From NCBI GenBank assembly GCA_043824495.1, contig JBDRSV010000010.1, forward strand, positions 1 through 64,000: DNA of 64,000 nucleotides. The letters are read 5' to 3'. The translations under genes and the position numbers were made by a program. Positions 1 to 8,657 of this stretch are shown in pieces (the stretch's first letter is position 1; each line of letters starts with the position of its first letter). This DNA is from Candidatus Aenigmatarchaeota archaeon (GTDB lineage Archaea; Aenigmatarchaeota; Aenigmatarchaeia; QMZP01). The notes beneath the pieces are model-generated. The model searched no databases. It worked only from the letters and a program-made list of their open reading frames with translations, and was not told where the DNA came from.

Positions 1-1
1 G

Positions 2-820
2 CTCGAAGTTGGTGTCACTCCAGTTTTTGTTTTTGATGGAAAAGCTCCTGACTTCAAAGCTTCTGTACAAGAAGAAAGAGCAAAAATACGTAAGGAAGCA
101 GAAGTTAAGTGGAGAAAAGCTGTGGAAGACGGAGACTTGGAAAAAGTAAGAATGTATTCGCAGGGATCATCTAAACTCACATCATCTATGATAGATGAAG
201 CTAAAGAGCTTCTAGGGTTAATGGGAATTAGTTGGATACAAGCTCCAAGCGAGGGAGAAGCACAAGCTTCATATTTCGCTAAACAAGGAAAGGTTTGGGC
301 AGCAGGTTCTCAGGACTGGGATTCTTTACTATTTGCAACACCGAGGTTGATTAGAAATCTATCTATAAGCGGAAGAAAAAAAGTTCCAATGAAGGAGAGA
401 TATATCACAGTAAACCCTGAGATAATAGATCTTGAAGAAGTATTATCGCACTTGGGTATAACACAAGACCAATTGATTATTCTAGGCATGCTTGTAGGAA
501 CAGATTATAATCCAGGCGGAATAAAAGGCGTAGGGCCTAAAGGGGCTCTAAAGCTTGTTAGAGAGGAAAAAACACTGGAAAATGTTTTGAAGAAAGTGAA
601 GTGGGAAGCTGAATCTTCTCCTGAAAAGGTTTTTGATTTCTTCAAAAATCCACCAGTAGAGGACCTGGAAATAAAAAAAGAAAAATATAACTATGAAGCT
701 TTAAAAGAAATGCTTATGGATCATGATTTCTCAGAAGAGAGAATAGAAAACACACTGAAAAAGTTAGATGAGAAAAAGAAGAAGGGTCAATCAAATCTAG
801 GTAAATTTTTTGGAACTTAA
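2..820 (+). CDS. fen: Flap endonuclease 1 (5' truncated by window edge)
   Basis: Frame is open from base 2 (LEVGVTPVFVFDGKAP). Contains APSEGEAQA, SQDWDSLLF, GTDYNPGGIKGVG and a C-terminal PIP box QSNLGKFF. Confidence 0.96.
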   Translation, partial: LEVGVTPVFVFDGKAPDFKASVQEERAKIRKEAEVKWRKAVEDGDLEKVRMYSQGSSKLTSSMIDEAKELLGLMGISWIQAPSEGEAQASYFAKQGKVWAAGSQDWDSLLFATPRLIRNLSISGRKKVPMKERYITVNPEIIDLEEVLSHLGITQDQLIILGMLVGTDYNPGGIKGVGPKGALKLVREEKTLENVLKKVKWEAESSPEKVFDFFKNPPVEDLEIKKEKYNYEALKEMLMDHDFSEERIENTLKKLDEKKKKGQSNLGKFFGT

Positions 821-860
821 TTCTATTGTAATTTATAAAATCTCAGACTATTCATAAATC

Positions 861-1229
861 ATGGGTAGTTATATTGAACTCAATGATACATTACAAATAA
901 CAACAGAGCAAGGATTTCCTGTAGAATTGGATTTGAGGAAGCATAAGGAAGTTCCGTTTACAGTGGATGATTTCGAAAATAAAGTGTTCGAATTCCAGAA
1001 AAAACCCGGAGCAAGAGTGTATCACATTCCACCAAATCGAAATTTCTTGGTTCATAATACAGAAGGAAAATGGTTGTACTGGGGAAAAATATTAATCATA
1101 GAGCAAACTATACAGAGAGAAGAAGGAAGACAAACAACATCTGGAAAATTTAAAATTATTGAAATATTCGATCCTAAATATCAAGAACATACAAAACACA
1201 ATTCTCCTGAGGATCTAAGTTATTTCTAA
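861..1229 (+). CDS. Conserved-looking hypothetical protein
   Basis: 122-aa ORF with protein-like composition and an upstream TATA-like tttataaaa. No motif recognised. Confidence 0.7.
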   Translation: MGSYIELNDTLQITTEQGFPVELDLRKHKEVPFTVDDFENKVFEFQKKPGARVYHIPPNRNFLVHNTEGKWLYWGKILIIEQTIQREEGRQTTSGKFKIIEIFDPKYQEHTKHNSPEDLSYF

Positions 1230-1239
1230 TGAAAAATTA

Positions 1240-1350
1240 AGCAGAGTGGGGGAATTGAACCCCCGTGCGCCGGAATCTAACAATCATAAGGCTTGAAACA
1301 AGCCCTCTTAATTCCTGCAGCCGACTACCTAGCCACTCGGTCAACTCTGC
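1240..1350 (-). tRNA. tRNA-Cys(GCA) with 40-nt intron at 37/38 (1275-1314)
   Basis: Minus strand folds as GCAGAGT...GTCGG-CTGCAG-[intron]-T-CCGGC...GGGGG-TTCAATT-CCCCC-ACTCTGC with U73 discriminator. The intron has a GGCTTG/CAAGCC hairpin and a relaxed BHB. Confidence 0.93.
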
Positions 1351-1395
1351 ATGGTATAGGAATTGTATTATGTGTTTTAAAAAGTAATTCTTAGA

Positions 1396-2079
1396 TTAAA
1401 CTACCCATGTAAGAGCTATTATAATAGTATAGATTATTATACCAAATATAAAAAAGAATGGATTTCCTTCTCTTTCCTTTGGTAAGGATTCTACCACTAT
1501 TATATACAATAAAGTTCCAACAACAAAACCAAATAAAATGTTGTACATGAATGCATTGATCTCTAAATAAATTCCAATCAATACACCGATAAGCGTGGAT
1601 ATTGAAAGAAGGAATCTAATTTTTCTCTTTTCTGTTATGATTTCATGAATTTCCTTAAGAGAAATACTACTTATTGCTGTGAATAAGAAAATTGGAATGA
1701 ATAGAAGAACACCGCTAACCAAATCGAATCTAGTCAGAGTTACAAGAATTATACCTATTATTATGTGATATGCGAAAAACATTATTGAATGAGCTCTTCT
1801 CAAGTCTTTCTTAAGTCTAGGACCCGATTCATGTTGATATATGTATTTTTCAAGTGTGTGGAATAGAGCAAAACCGATCAATAGAGACATGACGGCAACT
1901 CTTGTCATAAATAAATTCTCTTGATATACTTGTGGAAGTAGATGGAGAATCAGATAAGTGATGAAAATACCACCTGTGAAAGAAATGGTCTTCATTCTGT
2001 GATCTCCGTGCTTGATGTGTATTTTAGAACTGAAGTAATGCGCAAAGGCGATTATCAATCCAAAGACAATTTCTATCAT
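1396..2079 (-). CDS. Multi-pass membrane protein, ZIP metal-transporter-like
   Basis: About 7 TM segments with ISFTGG..ITYLILHLLP, a His-containing loop and LLYIIVVESLP. Start moved to MIEIVF to avoid overlapping the ATPase. Confidence 0.6.
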   Translation of the reverse strand: MIEIVFGLIIAFAHYFSSKIHIKHGDHRMKTISFTGGIFITYLILHLLPQVYQENLFMTRVAVMSLLIGFALFHTLEKYIYQHESGPRLKKDLRRAHSIMFFAYHIIIGIILVTLTRFDLVSGVLLFIPIFLFTAISSISLKEIHEIITEKRKIRFLLSISTLIGVLIGIYLEINAFMYNILFGFVVGTLLYIIVVESLPKEREGNPFFFIFGIIIYTIIIALTWVV

Positions 2080-2116
2080 TGTATAATATTTATATTCTGG
2101 GATTATATGTATATCT

Positions 2117-3076
2117 ATGGCGTTGAAGGATCTTGTCAAGAAAAAAAGAGAAACCGACTTCTATTTCTTCTCAGGAAAAGGAGGAGTTGGCAAGACATCT
2201 GCATCAGCAGCAACAGCTTTATGGTTATCACAAAAGCAGAAGAAAAAAGTCTTGGTTATATCAGTGGATCCTGCACATTCTCTTTCAGACTCAGTTGAAA
2301 TGAAGATTGGTCATGAAGTAAAAAAATTAAAAAATAATCTATATGGTTTAGAGATAGATCCTAAAAAAGCAGTTGCAGAATACAAAGAGAGATTCTCTCC
2401 GCAATTAGAAAAGATTGAATTCTTGAAAGGTGCTGGATTAGAAGACATGTTTGACATGGCAGGTATGACTCCAGGAATAGATGAAATAGCAGCTTTTGAT
2501 AAATTCTTACACTACATGAACTCAGATGATTATGATGTAATAATATTTGATACGGCCCCAACAGGTCATGCTTTACGTTTCCTTTCCCTGCCAGATGTAT
2601 TAGATTCTTGGATAGGTAAGATGATCAAACTGAGAATGAAATTCTCAGGAATGGTGGGTATATTCAAAAAACTAATCCCTTTCGCAGAAGATCAAGGTAA
2701 TGATAGTATGGGAACAGAGCAGTTAGATGCTATGAAAGAAAGAATACAGGAAGCAAATAAACTCTTATCTGATCCTAAAAGAACACACTTCAATATAGTT
2801 ATGATACCCGAAAACATGAGTATTTTTGAATCAGAAAGATTGATAGGGACATTAAAGGAGTACAACATCCCTGTTAATACAATAATTATTAATCAATTGA
2901 TACCAGACAATCCTACTTGTAAATTCTGTACAGAAAAAAGAAAGATACAACAGGAGAGAGTGAAATTAATAAAAGAAAAATTCAAGGGATTGAAAATTCT
3001 AGAAATGAGTTTATTCAAAGAAGAAGTAACAGGATTTGACATGCTTGAAAAGGCAGCAGAAAAATTATACTCCTAA
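2117..3076 (+). CDS. ArsA/Get3(TRC40)-family ATPase
   Basis: GKGGVGKT deviant Walker A, SVDPAHSLSD, DTAPTGH switch II and a C-terminal CKFC. Single domain. Confidence 0.93.
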   Translation: MALKDLVKKKRETDFYFFSGKGGVGKTSASAATALWLSQKQKKKVLVISVDPAHSLSDSVEMKIGHEVKKLKNNLYGLEIDPKKAVAEYKERFSPQLEKIEFLKGAGLEDMFDMAGMTPGIDEIAAFDKFLHYMNSDDYDVIIFDTAPTGHALRFLSLPDVLDSWIGKMIKLRMKFSGMVGIFKKLIPFAEDQGNDSMGTEQLDAMKERIQEANKLLSDPKRTHFNIVMIPENMSIFESERLIGTLKEYNIPVNTIIINQLIPDNPTCKFCTEKRKIQQERVKLIKEKFKGLKILEMSLFKEEVTGFDMLEKAAEKLYS

Positions 3077-3472
3077 TTCTATTTTTTTCTCAGCTCTAGT
3101 GAGAATCACTTCAGATATTATTATTCTCTTCTTTCTTTCAGAGATTCTTTCTTGTTCTTTTTCAATACTCTTTCTTACAGTATCCAAGAATCGTGTAGAT
3201 CCAATTTTCAGGAAAACAACACTTCTTATTAGTTGAGGTATCAGAGAATCCGTTTTAGTTTCTAGATTCCTCAATTCTTTTATCTCGGGGGACATATACA
3301 GCGAATCTTCATCGTCATTTAAGGAAAATGAACCAGGAACCACACCAGATTTATACGGGTTCATTCTGCTGTTCTTTCTCAAATAAGTAGTCTTGTAAGG
3401 ATTCTTCGTAGGATTATTGTTTATATCGCCGGGATCGTCTTCATCGTGTGTTTCATAAGTAGTTTGTGACAT
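3065..3472 (-). CDS. Hypothetical protein
   Basis: 135-aa ORF filling the gap between genes, with a coiled-coil-like C-terminus. Confidence 0.55.
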   Translation of the reverse strand: MSQTTYETHDEDDPGDINNNPTKNPYKTTYLRKNSRMNPYKSGVVPGSFSLNDDEDSLYMSPEIKELRNLETKTDSLIPQLIRSVVFLKIGSTRFLDTVRKSIEKEQERISERKKRIIISEVILTRAEKKIELGV

Positions 3473-3509
3473 ACTATAAACCCTTGGTTATCTACGTTAA
3501 AAGTTCCCC

Positions 3510-3857
3510 CTAAAAGATAAACTTAACTACGACTATGATAATTAGTAAAATCAATACAACTAGAACTCCGATTAGGGGGAAGAATACATCTATACATTCA
3601 TCTACTTCTCCATCGCAGTTGTCATCTACACCATTTCCACACACTTCGGAAATCGCATCAACAGAATCGGTGCATGGACCCCAATCCCCATTATAACAAG
3701 TTCTGGTTCCAGCTTGACAGACTCCTATATTGCTTCCACAAAATTTTGTTTCGTCTCCAACACATGGTAAGAGTTCTTTCCATGCCTGAGCATCTACAGA
3801 TGCAGATAGAAGTATAGAGAAAAGAAATATCATGATAATTGTAGATTTTATCTCCAT
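3510..3857 (-). CDS. Small secreted, C-terminally anchored Cys-rich protein with MopE-like metal-binding repeat
   Basis: Signal peptide, CGSNIGVCQAGTRTC and EVCGNGVDDNCDGEVDE motifs, C-terminal TM helix. Confidence 0.75.
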   Translation of the reverse strand: MEIKSTIIMIFLFSILLSASVDAQAWKELLPCVGDETKFCGSNIGVCQAGTRTCYNGDWGPCTDSVDAISEVCGNGVDDNCDGEVDECIDVFFPLIGVLVVLILLIIIVVVKFIF

Positions 3858-3867
3858 GATTAACTAT

Positions 3868-4311
3868 TTATCTCATCATTTTTATTCCTGATATTATGTT
3901 TGCTATACCTGCAACAAAAGTAAGTAGAATTATTATGAATACAAGGAGTTGTGACATTTCATATGTAATAATAGTTGATGCATAATCAGTTGCAATTTTA
4001 GAACTGAATATTGAAATATCAACTAAAAATATGAAAACAGCGATTAATAACAACAAGAATCCTGTGAGTAAATTACCTATTCCATGAAGAGCTCCACCAC
4101 CAGAACTCTTTGATTTCTTTTTCTTATCCTTTTCTGGTTGTTCTTCTTGTGATAAACTATTCAAAGCTTCTCTAACGATTTCATCGATCTCATCTACATG
4201 CCAACCTCTTTCTACTAAAGCGTCTTTTATCTGTGCTTCAGAAAATCCGCCCCGTAATTGAGATCTTGCATAATCTATAATTGATTGATCTATCATATTA
4301 TTTATTTGCAT
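3868..4311 (-). CDS. Hypothetical membrane protein
   Basis: Soluble N-terminal helical domain plus 2 TM helices. Tightly spaced with its neighbours. Confidence 0.7.
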   Translation of the reverse strand: MQINNMIDQSIIDYARSQLRGGFSEAQIKDALVERGWHVDEIDEIVREALNSLSQEEQPEKDKKKKSKSSGGGALHGIGNLLTGFLLLLIAVFIFLVDISIFSSKIATDYASTIITYEMSQLLVFIIILLTFVAGIANIISGIKMMR

Positions 4312-4328
4312 GGACTTGCTTATAAGTT

Positions 4329-5330
4329 CTAATCAAGCTTGTTTAGCTTGATCTGTTTCAATTCTTCTATATTTCTTGCCCCACATAAGAACATAGTCAT
4401 TTTCAATTCTTTTATGATCTGATCTATCTTTTCTTTTACAGCATCTGATGATATGTTACCTGGTCTTAACATAGGCAAAGCAAATCCTGCTAAAGAAGCT
4501 CCTAAAGCAAGTGCTTTAGCTGCATCTACTCCTGTTCTCATCCCACCAGATGCGATAAGAGGTATTTTAACATTTTCTTCTCTACACTGTCTTAAACATT
4601 CTGCTGTTGGTATACCCCACTCAAAAAAATTCTCAGCATGCTTTCCGCCCCTATAGTATTCTACTTTTATCCAGTTGGTTCCACCAGCTCCTGCAACGTC
4701 TATTGCATCTACACCGGATTCTTCTAATTTCTTTGCCAGCTTTCCTGATATTCCATTACCCACTTCTTTTACTACGATAGGAAAATCAACTAATGAGCAT
4801 ACATTTTTTAGAGTGACTAAAACTCTTTCCCAGTTTGTATCGCCTTCTGGTTGTGCAGCTTCTTGTCCTGGGTTAAGATGTATTGCAAGGCCATCTGCTT
4901 TTATCATGCTTACAGCTTTCTTAATCAAATCAATTCCATACTCTTCTAGCTGTGCCCCTCCAAGATTTCCTAGCAAGAAAACATTAGGAGCTACATCTCT
5001 AACTTGATATGTGTGTTCAACTTCTGGGTGTCTTATAGCTGTTCTCTGTGATCCGACACCCATACCAATACCTTTCTCTTCTGCTGCTTTTGCGATATTC
5101 AAGTTTATTGTTTTTGATTGATCTGTTCCTCCAATCATCCCCTCTATGTATATTGGAGCTGTGAACTTCTTACCAAGAAAAGTGGTGGAGATATCTATGT
5201 CATCTAATTTCATTTCAGGTAAGGCAACATGTTCAAATTCATATTTTTCAAACCCATTTCCCTTTTCAAATTCTATAGGTTTTTCTAAACAAATCTTGAT
5301 GTGGTCTGCTTTTCTGTCTTTTAATGGCAT
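4329..5330 (-). CDS. fni: Type 2 isopentenyl-diphosphate delta-isomerase
   Basis: RKADHI, GSQR, HLNPGQE, KEVGNG, DVAGAGGTNW and SGGMRTG motifs. Confidence 0.96.
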   Translation of the reverse strand: MPLKDRKADHIKICLEKPIEFEKGNGFEKYEFEHVALPEMKLDDIDISTTFLGKKFTAPIYIEGMIGGTDQSKTINLNIAKAAEEKGIGMGVGSQRTAIRHPEVEHTYQVRDVAPNVFLLGNLGGAQLEEYGIDLIKKAVSMIKADGLAIHLNPGQEAAQPEGDTNWERVLVTLKNVCSLVDFPIVVKEVGNGISGKLAKKLEESGVDAIDVAGAGGTNWIKVEYYRGGKHAENFFEWGIPTAECLRQCREENVKIPLIASGGMRTGVDAAKALALGASLAGFALPMLRPGNISSDAVKEKIDQIIKELKMTMFLCGARNIEELKQIKLNKLD

Positions 5331-5444
5331 AAAATCTCAACTTTAAAATATAATTTATGTCTTATATCATCTAGTTATATGATAAGCTTAAATATCTACT
5401 ATCCAATTTAATCTTATTAATCAAAGCCTGCTGCGAGGTGTTTC

Positions 5445-6827
5445 ATGAAGAATTTTTTACTAATAATCTCAATTTTTATGTCGCTTTCTATCATTCTTAC
5501 ACAAGTTTATGCAATTGATTATGCTCCAATTTTAATCGAACCAGTTTCCGATTCTATAACCACACACTCAGGTAGGTACGTCGCCTATGAATTTTTTGTG
5601 ACCAACAACCAAGATACCCCAGACGATCTTGCAGTTAGGATAAGTGGTGATCGTCTGGAGTGGGTCATTTCAAGTATAATTCTCATGCACCTAGAACCGG
5701 GTCAGACGAAGAAATTAGAAATCGGATTATTACCAAGACTCATAGATGATAGAGAGCATACATACATCTTAACAATGGAATCAATTAGATCTTCTGCCAA
5801 AGAGACGCAGAGATTTCATTTAGACATTCTTGAGCCATTCAAGATAACAGCATTCGATTCTGTAAAAGAGGGTAATGCAATTAAATTTGCGTTCTCATAT
5901 GACACGTCAATTAATCAAGATGTTAATATTCAAATGAAAGTTGTAGATAAGATGGGGAATGAGATTGTATCATCATCATCTTCAGCTCTTCTGTCTGAAA
6001 CAGGCACAATCACAAAGTATTTACAGCTTCCTGACGATGCTCTTGCGGGTGATTATGATTTTAGTGTAGATTTTCAACCAACTCAGGTTGGTGAAATGTC
6101 TTCTTCAAAAGAATCTTTTATAATTGAAGAGATTCATGATGTCCAAGAAACAGAACAAAGAATTGTGACACCTTTGTATGAAGAAGTTACGGTCACAGTC
6201 GTAAATAGAGGAAATGTGAAAGAAGAGGGATATCCAATATACCAAACAGTTAGAAGCGACTTCCTTACAGGATTCTTAACAAAACCTAGTGAGTGTGACA
6301 CTTCAGGTGGTCAAACAACTTGTAAATATTTGGTAGCAGATCTTGAACCAGATGAGATAAAAACAGTTACATACAGAGTGGAATTCTGGCCTATAATCCT
6401 ACAGTTTGTAGTAGTTATTGTAATAGCAATTGCCTTAGTAACATACTCTTTTACAAGAGCAACAAGCCCTACCATAAAGAAATACAACAGAAAGAAAGGG
6501 AACACAAAGCATAGTGTGGTCTTGTATGTGAAGAATCCTTATAGACAGCATCTAAAGAATGTAATGATCAGAGATTGGGTCTCTCCTCTAGCTGTTGTGA
6601 AGAACGAAGATTTCTATAATATGAAGCCTACAATAAGAAAATCAGAAGCAGGTACAGAGCTTCTGTGGAAAGTGGATAACATAAAGCCAAAGGAAGAAGT
6701 TATAATCAACTACAACATCAATACCCTTGTAGAGGGTAACATAAAGTTATCCAGAGCAACAATGAGATACTTTGACAAAATAGGCAACAAAACAGAGATT
6801 TATTCTAATCCACTGTATATTGAGTAG
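5445..6827 (+). CDS. Secreted/membrane-anchored beta-rich surface protein
   Basis: Signal peptide, Ig-like beta composition, one TM near residue 320 and a C-terminal DUF11-like segment. Confidence 0.75.
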   Translation: MKNFLLIISIFMSLSIILTQVYAIDYAPILIEPVSDSITTHSGRYVAYEFFVTNNQDTPDDLAVRISGDRLEWVISSIILMHLEPGQTKKLEIGLLPRLIDDREHTYILTMESIRSSAKETQRFHLDILEPFKITAFDSVKEGNAIKFAFSYDTSINQDVNIQMKVVDKMGNEIVSSSSSALLSETGTITKYLQLPDDALAGDYDFSVDFQPTQVGEMSSSKESFIIEEIHDVQETEQRIVTPLYEEVTVTVVNRGNVKEEGYPIYQTVRSDFLTGFLTKPSECDTSGGQTTCKYLVADLEPDEIKTVTYRVEFWPIILQFVVVIVIAIALVTYSFTRATSPTIKKYNRKKGNTKHSVVLYVKNPYRQHLKNVMIRDWVSPLAVVKNEDFYNMKPTIRKSEAGTELLWKVDNIKPKEEVIINYNINTLVEGNIKLSRATMRYFDKIGNKTEIYSNPLYIE

Positions 6828-6883
6828 ACCGGTTGTATTGGTTCTATAAGCTTTTAAATCCTTTCAGATAAACATTTAGATAT

Positions 6884-6994
6884 CCGGTGGTAGCTCAATG
6901 GTAGAGCACTCGGCTGTAGTCGGTCTTTTTATGACTTAGGTCAGAAGAGAACCCAGAGACCGGGGTGTTGGGAGTTCAAATCTCTCCCACCGGA
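6884..6994 (+). tRNA. tRNA-Tyr(GTA) with 39-nt intron at 37/38 (6920-6958)
   Basis: CCGGTGG...CTCGG-CTGTAG-[intron]-A-CCGGG...GGGAG-TTCAAAT-CTCTC-CCACCGG-A. C1-G72 and A73 match archaeal tRNA-Tyr. Confidence 0.94.
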
Positions 6995-7107
6995 TTCTTC
7001 CTTTTTAATCAAAATAGAGTGAGTATAACCTTTATAAACCCAAGTACCTTTAATACAAGAATAACACGGAGATGTTTAGTTCTTTTGTGTTTTTAAAGGA
7101 GATTAGT

Positions 7108-7338
7108 ATGTCAGATTTCGAAAGACGCGATGGCAGAAGAGATGGTGGCCGAAGAGACGGTGGCCGAAGAGACGGTGGCGGAAGAGATGGTGGCGGATTT
7201 AGAAGAGATTCTGGACCACGAGAAGTGCACAAAACAAAGTGTTCTGAATGTGGAAAAGATTGCGAAGTTCCATTCAAGCCAGCACAAGACAGACCAGTTT
7301 ACTGCAAAGAGTGTTTCATGAAGAAAAAGAGTTATTAG
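7108..7338 (+). CDS. CxxC-x17-CxxC domain protein with RDGG repeats
   Basis: AAGGAG upstream of the ATG at 7108. Motif CSECGKDCEVPFKPAQDRPVYCKECF. Confidence 0.9.
   Translation: MSDFERRDGRRDGGRRDGGRRDGGGRDGGGFRRDSGPREVHKTKCSECGKDCEVPFKPAQDRPVYCKECFMKKKSY
7138..7197 (+). repeat. Four tandem 15-nt coding repeats (AGAGAYGGTGGCSGA)
   Basis: Units at 7138, 7153, 7168 and 7183 encode RDGGR/RDGGG. Confidence 0.85.
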
Positions 7339-7352
7339 TTTTAATTCTATAG

Positions 7353-7604
7353 TTGAGAATAATAATTTATTCTCTGTTTTTTTTATTTTATTATCCTTAT
7401 TAAACGTTAGACCAATATGATACATGGGATAAACCGGCACCTAGAACATTGTGTATACAGAAAGCAGCAACAAGTTGTAGTGTAATTGATTCTGTGCCTG
7501 CCGATTGGGACTATGTTTTGAAATATAAAGATAATGGTGTTATAAAAGAAGCTTCTTGCGCAGAAATTGTAGGTTGTAATAGTTGCGAATCCTGTGGATT
7601 CTAG
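7353..7604 (+). pseudogene. Possible interrupted small secreted Cys-rich protein
   Basis: TTG start and a hydrophobic N-terminus, then an in-frame TAA at 7401, then a protein-like frame (LCIQKAATSCSV...SCAEIVGCNSCESCGF*). Confidence 0.3.
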
Positions 7605-7606
7605 CG

Positions 7607-8053
7607 CTACTCCACACCGAGCAGCTTCCTGAAGAACATTGTTCCAGGGATTGTTATTACTATGTACCACCAGAACCAGTTAAGAGATTGAGCTAAGTAA
7701 ACGTATGGAAAGTCCCATCCAAGGAGAGGAACTCTGGTTGGTGTTAAAACCTCTAAATCTGCGTATTGTGCTCCAACGTAACCAACAAAAACTATGAATA
7801 AGATGAAAGAGACAATCATGGGCTTCATCATTAGTCCTGTTTGCTTTTGCGTTACTTTCAAAGCTTCCATCTGATGTTTCTGAGCTCCCTCAGCGTCTCC
7901 ACTTTTTCTAGCTTTACTTGCTTTGTCTTGATGGAATTTAGCTTCAGCTTTAATCTTCTTAATTTCTGAAGGCTTTATCAAGAGTCTGTAAGCTATTGAT
8001 ATGACTATAGAGAGCGCAATTGAAAACAACAAAACAATTTCAAATCCTTCCAT
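7607..8053 (-). CDS. DUF106 / EMC3-TMCO1-Get1 (Oxa1-superfamily) membrane insertase
   Basis: TM, coiled coil, then 2 TM. WFWWYIVITIP motif. Conserved position after secY-adk. Confidence 0.88.
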   Translation of the reverse strand: MEGFEIVLLFSIALSIVISIAYRLLIKPSEIKKIKAEAKFHQDKASKARKSGDAEGAQKHQMEALKVTQKQTGLMMKPMIVSFILFIVFVGYVGAQYADLEVLTPTRVPLLGWDFPYVYLAQSLNWFWWYIVITIPGTMFFRKLLGVE

Positions 8054-8054
8054 T

Positions 8055-8630
8055 TTATCTACCTAAATGATACTCCAATGTTTTTGATAATTCTTTTAGT
8101 GCGTACTTTATATTCCCATGCCTTACTTTTATTGTTTTTACAGTTGTACCAGTCAAAGTAGCTAAAGATACAGCCATGATTCTATTTGTTTCTTGATGTT
8201 TTAAGATGCCAGCAATTTCAGGCATGTCTTTAGGTTTAGGTTTATCAGGTGCTCTCATTTCTAAATTGATTATCACGTCAGGAGAGAATTTTTTAAAGAA
8301 CTTCTCTGATATCAAAGGTATGTATCCTTGTTTAGCTCTGATTGTGAAATATCCACTGATTATCAAGTTCTGAGATTTAGCAAGTCGTGTAAATTCTGCT
8401 ATTGCGTTTTTCTCAAAATTACTCTTTATATCACTAATCTGTTTTGCGTTGAAGTTATCAAAAGATGTTGCCTTTCTGATCACGTCTCTCTCTTTTGGTA
8501 AAGACTTCTTCATGATGTCGTGAAATCTTGAATATTCAAATCTAGGAAGAAGTTTTCTAGAGCCCTCTAAAACAAGATCTAGTATGGCGTCCTTTCCAGA
8601 TTCTCTTGTGCCAGTAATTAAAATTTTCAT
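8055..8630 (-). CDS. Archaeal adenylate-kinase-like protein with degenerate P-loop
   Basis: Sits between secY and DUF106. HQETNR...A.LTG.TVK tail resembles AdkA, but the P-loop reads GTRESGKD. Confidence 0.7.
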   Translation of the reverse strand: MKILITGTRESGKDAILDLVLEGSRKLLPRFEYSRFHDIMKKSLPKERDVIRKATSFDNFNAKQISDIKSNFEKNAIAEFTRLAKSQNLIISGYFTIRAKQGYIPLISEKFFKKFSPDVIINLEMRAPDKPKPKDMPEIAGILKHQETNRIMAVSLATLTGTTVKTIKVRHGNIKYALKELSKTLEYHLGR

Positions 8631-8657
8631 TCAATTATCTTTTTGGTTTTTATCCTA

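Noticed and set aside
1942-2298. Numerous short ORFs overlapping well-supported genes (for example 1942, 4675, 11167, 16543, 30483)
   Set aside because: Shadow frames of confidently assigned genes.
7138-7197. Short tandem repeats as a possible CRISPR array
   Set aside because: 15-nt units with no spacers, in frame inside a protein (RDGG repeats).
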